A stretch of 61,442 nt of DNA, counting the filler. It is 5 parts of 5 records of this genome, joined end to end, with 100 filler letters (N's around TTAATTAATTAA, not from the genome) between each part and the next. Parts side by side here need not be neighbours in the genome. Positions count along the whole stretch, not along the records: positions 50,575 to 61,442 come from SRR20825006_1533; 4 more parts are not named here. One strand, given 5' to 3'. Below, piece by piece: positions 58,406 to 61,442 of this stretch; positions within the stretch are counted from its first letter, which is position 1, and the number at the start of each line of letters is the position of its first letter. The notes under the pieces were generated by a model. The model worked only from the letters and a program-made list of their open reading frames with translations, ran no database searches and was not told the DNA's origin. The translations under genes were made by a program, and so were the position numbers.

Positions 58406-59770
58406 TTAGCAACCACCCAAATGTACGTCTGGATATTTGCTAACATCTATGGTAACTTTATTAGTGCTTTTTTGAACCATTTTAATGGCTTCATCAGCAG
58501 TATATTTATGTGGGCCAATATAAAAAACAGCACCACGCTTTGCCAGTTCCTTTACATATTCCACCATATTTGAATTCGGCGGTGGCGGAGCTTGGGCTGG
58601 CGTATATAAATTTCCGTTAGTAGCCAAAGGTGCTTTTGTAGCAGGCGGTGGTGGCGGAATGTCACTTTTCGCACCTTTCATTACTTTTGGTGGAGCGGGT
58701 GGAGGCGGTGGAATACATTCTGGGAAAGGTTGTGCATTTGCCTTTTGTGCATCGGTCATTTTTCGATAAATAATTTCCAGACGTTCTAAATCCTTCTTTT
58801 TTATGATGCGTTTTTCAATATCAACCGCGTTGTATTTTTTTGCAAGTTTGTTGTATTCTTCTATTTCTGCTTTAGTTACTTTTTCTTGAATTAATTCAGC
58901 TTTTTCTTTATTTTCTGAAATAATTTCCTTGGTGCTAAACCCATAAATTAATATAGCCAGCAAGGGTAATAATAAAAGACTGCGAAGCCAAATAGCTCTT
59001 TTTGAAGTGTGTGTTTTCATAACTGTAAAACGTTTTTTGATTGATGAATAGTTAAGTGAATGTGCCAACGAAGGCGTTACAGCATTTGATGAGAATGCCA
59101 ATACTAATCTTTGATAGGCTGAAGTTTCTGTACCAGCGTTTAATACCGCACGGTCTGCTAAAAACTCGTGATTTAATTTAATACTTTTTTTTATAAAATA
59201 AAACAGCGGAATAAACCAAAATACAATTTGTAAAATTTCAATAAAAATTAAATCTAAACTATGTTTTTGAGTGGCGTGTGCTTCTTCATGAAGCATAACT
59301 TCTACTGGAATTTTTCGATTTTCAAATTGTTGTTTGTTTAGAAATATATAGCTAAAAAAAGTATGCGGGATTATTTTTTCATTCAAAAGAATATTAATAA
59401 AACTACTGTTTTTATATTTTGGATTTTTTCTAATTTTTTGAACTAAACTGAAAAGATTCTTGAAAAATTTCACACTAAAAAACAAAACACCCAAGCCGTA
59501 AACCGTCCAAAGAACAAACGGCCAATAGTTGGTGGCTCCTTCAGTTTCAGTAATGAATTGTTGAGGAATTCCCTCAGTATAAACAGGAATAACAGGCGAT
59601 ACTTCTACGTATGTAGTAAAAGTTATAAATGGAATTATAAATGCGGCCAATAAACTGCCCAATAAATAAAATCGTTTAAATGTATGTATAGAGGTGTCTT
59701 CTAAAACCAGTTTATAAAAAGCATAGAAAACCAATAAACAAGCCGTAGATTTAAAAATATAGAGCTCCAT
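58406..59770 (-). CDS. M56-family (BlaR1-like) membrane metallopeptidase with Pro-rich periplasmic tail
   Basis: HEEAH and HEFLAD motifs, IKKRF; no beta-lactam sensor domain. Confidence 0.9.
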   Translation of the reverse strand: MELYIFKSTACLLVFYAFYKLVLEDTSIHTFKRFYLLGSLLAAFIIPFITFTTYVEVSPVIPVYTEGIPQQFITETEGATNYWPFVLWTVYGLGVLFFSVKFFKNLFSLVQKIRKNPKYKNSSFINILLNEKIIPHTFFSYIFLNKQQFENRKIPVEVMLHEEAHATQKHSLDLIFIEILQIVFWFIPLFYFIKKSIKLNHEFLADRAVLNAGTETSAYQRLVLAFSSNAVTPSLAHSLNYSSIKKRFTVMKTHTSKRAIWLRSLLLLPLLAILIYGFSTKEIISENKEKAELIQEKVTKAEIEEYNKLAKKYNAVDIEKRIIKKKDLERLEIIYRKMTDAQKANAQPFPECIPPPPPAPPKVMKGAKSDIPPPPPATKAPLATNGNLYTPAQAPPPPNSNMVEYVKELAKRGAVFYIGPHKYTADEAIKMVQKSTNKVTIDVSKYPDVHLGGC

Positions 59771-59772
59771 AA

Positions 59773-60138
59773 TTACTTCTTTTTAATTTCAGAATCAATT
59801 AATTTCTTTAATTCTTCTAATTCGTTTTTAGAAAGGTCTGTTTCTTCAGTAAAAAAAGAAGCAAATTGCGACGGACTATTATTGAAGAAGTTTTTGATTA
59901 AACCATTTACATGTTTTGAAAAATAATCTTTCTTTTTTACCAAAGGAAAATATTCGCGTGAACGACCTTGTTGTTTGTAATCCACAAAATTTTTATCCTG
60001 CATTCTTTTTAAAAGCGTGGCAATAGTTGTTGTTGCTGGCTTTGGATCTGGGTATGCATCTATTAAGTTTTTCATTAGGGCACGTTCCTGTTTCCATAGT
60101 AACTGCATTAATTGTTCTTCGGCATTAGAGAGTTGCAT
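59773..60138 (-). CDS. BlaI/MecI/CopY-family repressor
   Basis: LS.AEEQLM..LW, P..TTIATLL.R...K.FV and FF..S motifs. Confidence 0.93.
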   Translation of the reverse strand: MQLSNAEEQLMQLLWKQERALMKNLIDAYPDPKPATTTIATLLKRMQDKNFVDYKQQGRSREYFPLVKKKDYFSKHVNGLIKNFFNNSPSQFASFFTEETDLSKNELEELKKLIDSEIKKK

Positions 60139-60155
60139 GTTTTTTTTGTATTTTC

Positions 60156-60198
60156 TTCTACAAACGTAGAACAAATAATTTAATTCTACAAATGTAGA
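60156..60198 (-). promoter_or_regulatory. two BlaI-type operators (TACAnnYGTA) overlapping the -33/-7 promoter of blaI
   Basis: ttctacaaacgtagaa (60156-60171) and tctacaaatgtaga (60185-60198); minus strand reads TTTG-N20-TACGTTTG. Confidence 0.85.
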
Positions 60199-60286
60199 GT
60201 AATAAATTTTTAAAAATGAAATAACTAAGTTTTTATGATGCAAGAGGGCGGAGCTTTTTCCAAATAGGTAAATCTCTAAATTGGCT

Positions 60287-60294
60287 TATATTTG
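60287..60294 (+). promoter_or_regulatory. Bacteroidota -7 element TATATTTG
   Basis: TAnnTTTG upstream of the PhnA-domain gene. Confidence 0.6.
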
Positions 60295-60345
60295 CATCCT
60301 TATTCTCCAAAGCTTTATAATTAAGGAGTAAAAAATTTAAAAAAA

Positions 60346-60921
60346 ATGAGTTTAGAAAAAGAGTTACAACGGCGAAGTGAAAACAAATGTGAATTATGCA
60401 ATAATGAAGAGAATTTAGCGGTTTTTGAAGTACCTAATTCTCCAACAGATGTAGCTGAAGTAAGTATTCTGGCTTGTAAAACGTGCATAGAACAAATTGA
60501 AGATCCTGAAAAAGTAGTTGCTAATCATTGGCGTTGCTTAAATGATAGCATGTGGAGTACGGTTCCAGCTGTTCAGGTTATGGCTTGGCGTATGCTAAAT
60601 CGGTTAAAAGCGGAAGGTTGGCCCCAAGATTTGTTGGATATGATGTATATGGAAGAAGATTTAAAAGAATGGGCAAAGGCTGGTGTTGCAGAAAGCGCTG
60701 GTGAAGCAGTAATTCACCGAGATAGTAATGGCGTAATTTTGGAAGCAGGCGACTCCGTAGTTTTAATAAAAGATTTAAAAGTGAAAGGAAGCAGTATGGT
60801 TGCAAAACAAGGTACTGCCGTTAGAAGAATTTCGTTAGATCACGAAAACGAAAAATATATTGAAGGTAAAGTTGATGGGCAGCAAATTGTGATTATTACA
60901 GATTTTGTAAAGAAAATATAA
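60346..60921 (+). CDS. PhnA/YjdM-domain protein with N-terminal Zn-ribbon
   Basis: CELC...CKTC, HWRCL and DSNG..L..GDSV.LIKDLKVKG motifs. Confidence 0.88.
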   Translation: MSLEKELQRRSENKCELCNNEENLAVFEVPNSPTDVAEVSILACKTCIEQIEDPEKVVANHWRCLNDSMWSTVPAVQVMAWRMLNRLKAEGWPQDLLDMMYMEEDLKEWAKAGVAESAGEAVIHRDSNGVILEAGDSVVLIKDLKVKGSSMVAKQGTAVRRISLDHENEKYIEGKVDGQQIVIITDFVKKI

Positions 60922-60967
60922 TCCACTCTTGGCCTCCCCAAAGGGGAGGTCCGTAGGTGGTGAAATA

Positions 60968-61442
60968 TTATTTACTCATCTCCGTAAAGAAATGGTAAAA
61001 CTGCGGAATTGTTTCAATTCCTTTTAAATAATTCCAAACTCCAAAATGTTCGTTAGGCGAGTGGATGGCATCGCTATCCAAACCGAAGCCCATTAATATA
61101 GTTTTACTTTTAAGCTCTTTTTCAAATAAAGCAACAATAGGAATGCTTCCGCCGCTACGTTGCGGTATTGGCGTTTTGCCGAAGGTTTCTTCATATGCTT
61201 TTTCGGCAGCTTTATAGCCCAAGCTATCAATTGGAGTAACATAAGCCTGACCTCCATGATGTGGTTTTACTTTTACGCGAACACCTTTTGGTGCTATGCT
61301 TTCAAAATGATTTTTGAAAAGTTCTGTAATTTTTTTCCAATCTTGGTCTGGCACCAAACGCATACTTATTTTTGCAAATGCTTTGCTTGCAATTACTGTT
61401 TTAGCACCTTCACCTATATAACCACCCCAAATTCCATTTACA
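60968..61442 (-). CDS. M20-family dipeptidase, 5'-truncated at the window edge
   Basis: MRLVPDQ, RSGGSIP and GFGL..DAIHSPNE motifs. Confidence 0.9.
   Translation of the reverse strand, partial: VNGIWGGYIGEGAKTVIASKAFAKISMRLVPDQDWKKITELFKNHFESIAPKGVRVKVKPHHGGQAYVTPIDSLGYKAAEKAYEETFGKTPIPQRSGGSIPIVALFEKELKSKTILMGFGLDSDAIHSPNEHFGVWNYLKGIETIPQFYHFFTEMSK

Noticed and set aside
15430-60921. Phosphonate catabolism pathway linking the phnCDE-like genes with the PhnA-domain gene
   Set aside because: They are on different contigs and organisms, and the YjdM-type PhnA domain is not phosphonoacetate hydrolase
60931-60949. cctcccc-aaa-ggggagg hairpin as a REP element
   Set aside because: Single copy in the window between convergent genes; cannot be distinguished from a terminator
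1-61442. CRISPR arrays, rRNA/tRNA genes, transposases, integrases or prophage genes
   Set aside because: None seen; all tandem repeats found are coding (RTX nonapeptides, FGAxQSGN, NNTTA, DM)
1-61442. A single metal-acquisition super-locus (Fe, Mo, Zn, B12, heme, Cu)
   Set aside because: The theme spans unrelated contigs, so the co-location is coincidental

Overview
This window is not one chromosome region. It is five unrelated contigs joined by artificial 100-bp spacers (N44-TTAATTAATTAA-N44) at 6228-6327, 11531-11630, 35061-35160 and 50475-50574, so gene context is only valid within a contig. Taxonomic labels below are inferred from gene content and style. Contigs 1 (1-6227) and 2 (6328-11530) are Thalassospira-like Alphaproteobacteria. 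They carry fbpB, moeA, a beta-CASP nuclease, glycosyltransferases, metC and zur-znuCB, plus a small eroded islet (homoserine dehydrogenase, internally deleted hicA, intact hicB) bounded by a decayed second copy of the znuB 3' end. Contig 3 (11631-35060) is a GC-rich Myxococcota/Bradymonadales-like sequence, probably from a predator. It has a cobalamin riboswitch upstream of two lipoproteins with no recognisable btuB/btuFCD, a PhnD-like ABC system with a Fur-type box, a fused ATPase-permease and a Tat-exported DUF362 protein, hppD, two integrin-alpha-like propeller lipoproteins, and an FHA-decorated Tad (Kil-like) pilus cluster. Contig 4 (35161-50474) is a Roseobacter-group ccoN/fnrL/hemN/hemCEF region with an inserted glycoside-hydrolase-like RTX protein. 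Contig 5 (50575-61442) is Flavobacteriaceae, with a T9SS beta-propeller behind a putative Fur-like box, a four-gene MbnP/MbnH putative copper module, an M1 peptidase and a blaI/M56 pair. The best candidates for an undescribed system are (i) the B12-riboswitch two-lipoprotein operon at 12125-14118 and (ii) the putatively iron-regulated PhnD-like/fused-ABC/DUF362 operon at 14126-18176. All calls come from reading motifs by eye; no database searches were run.
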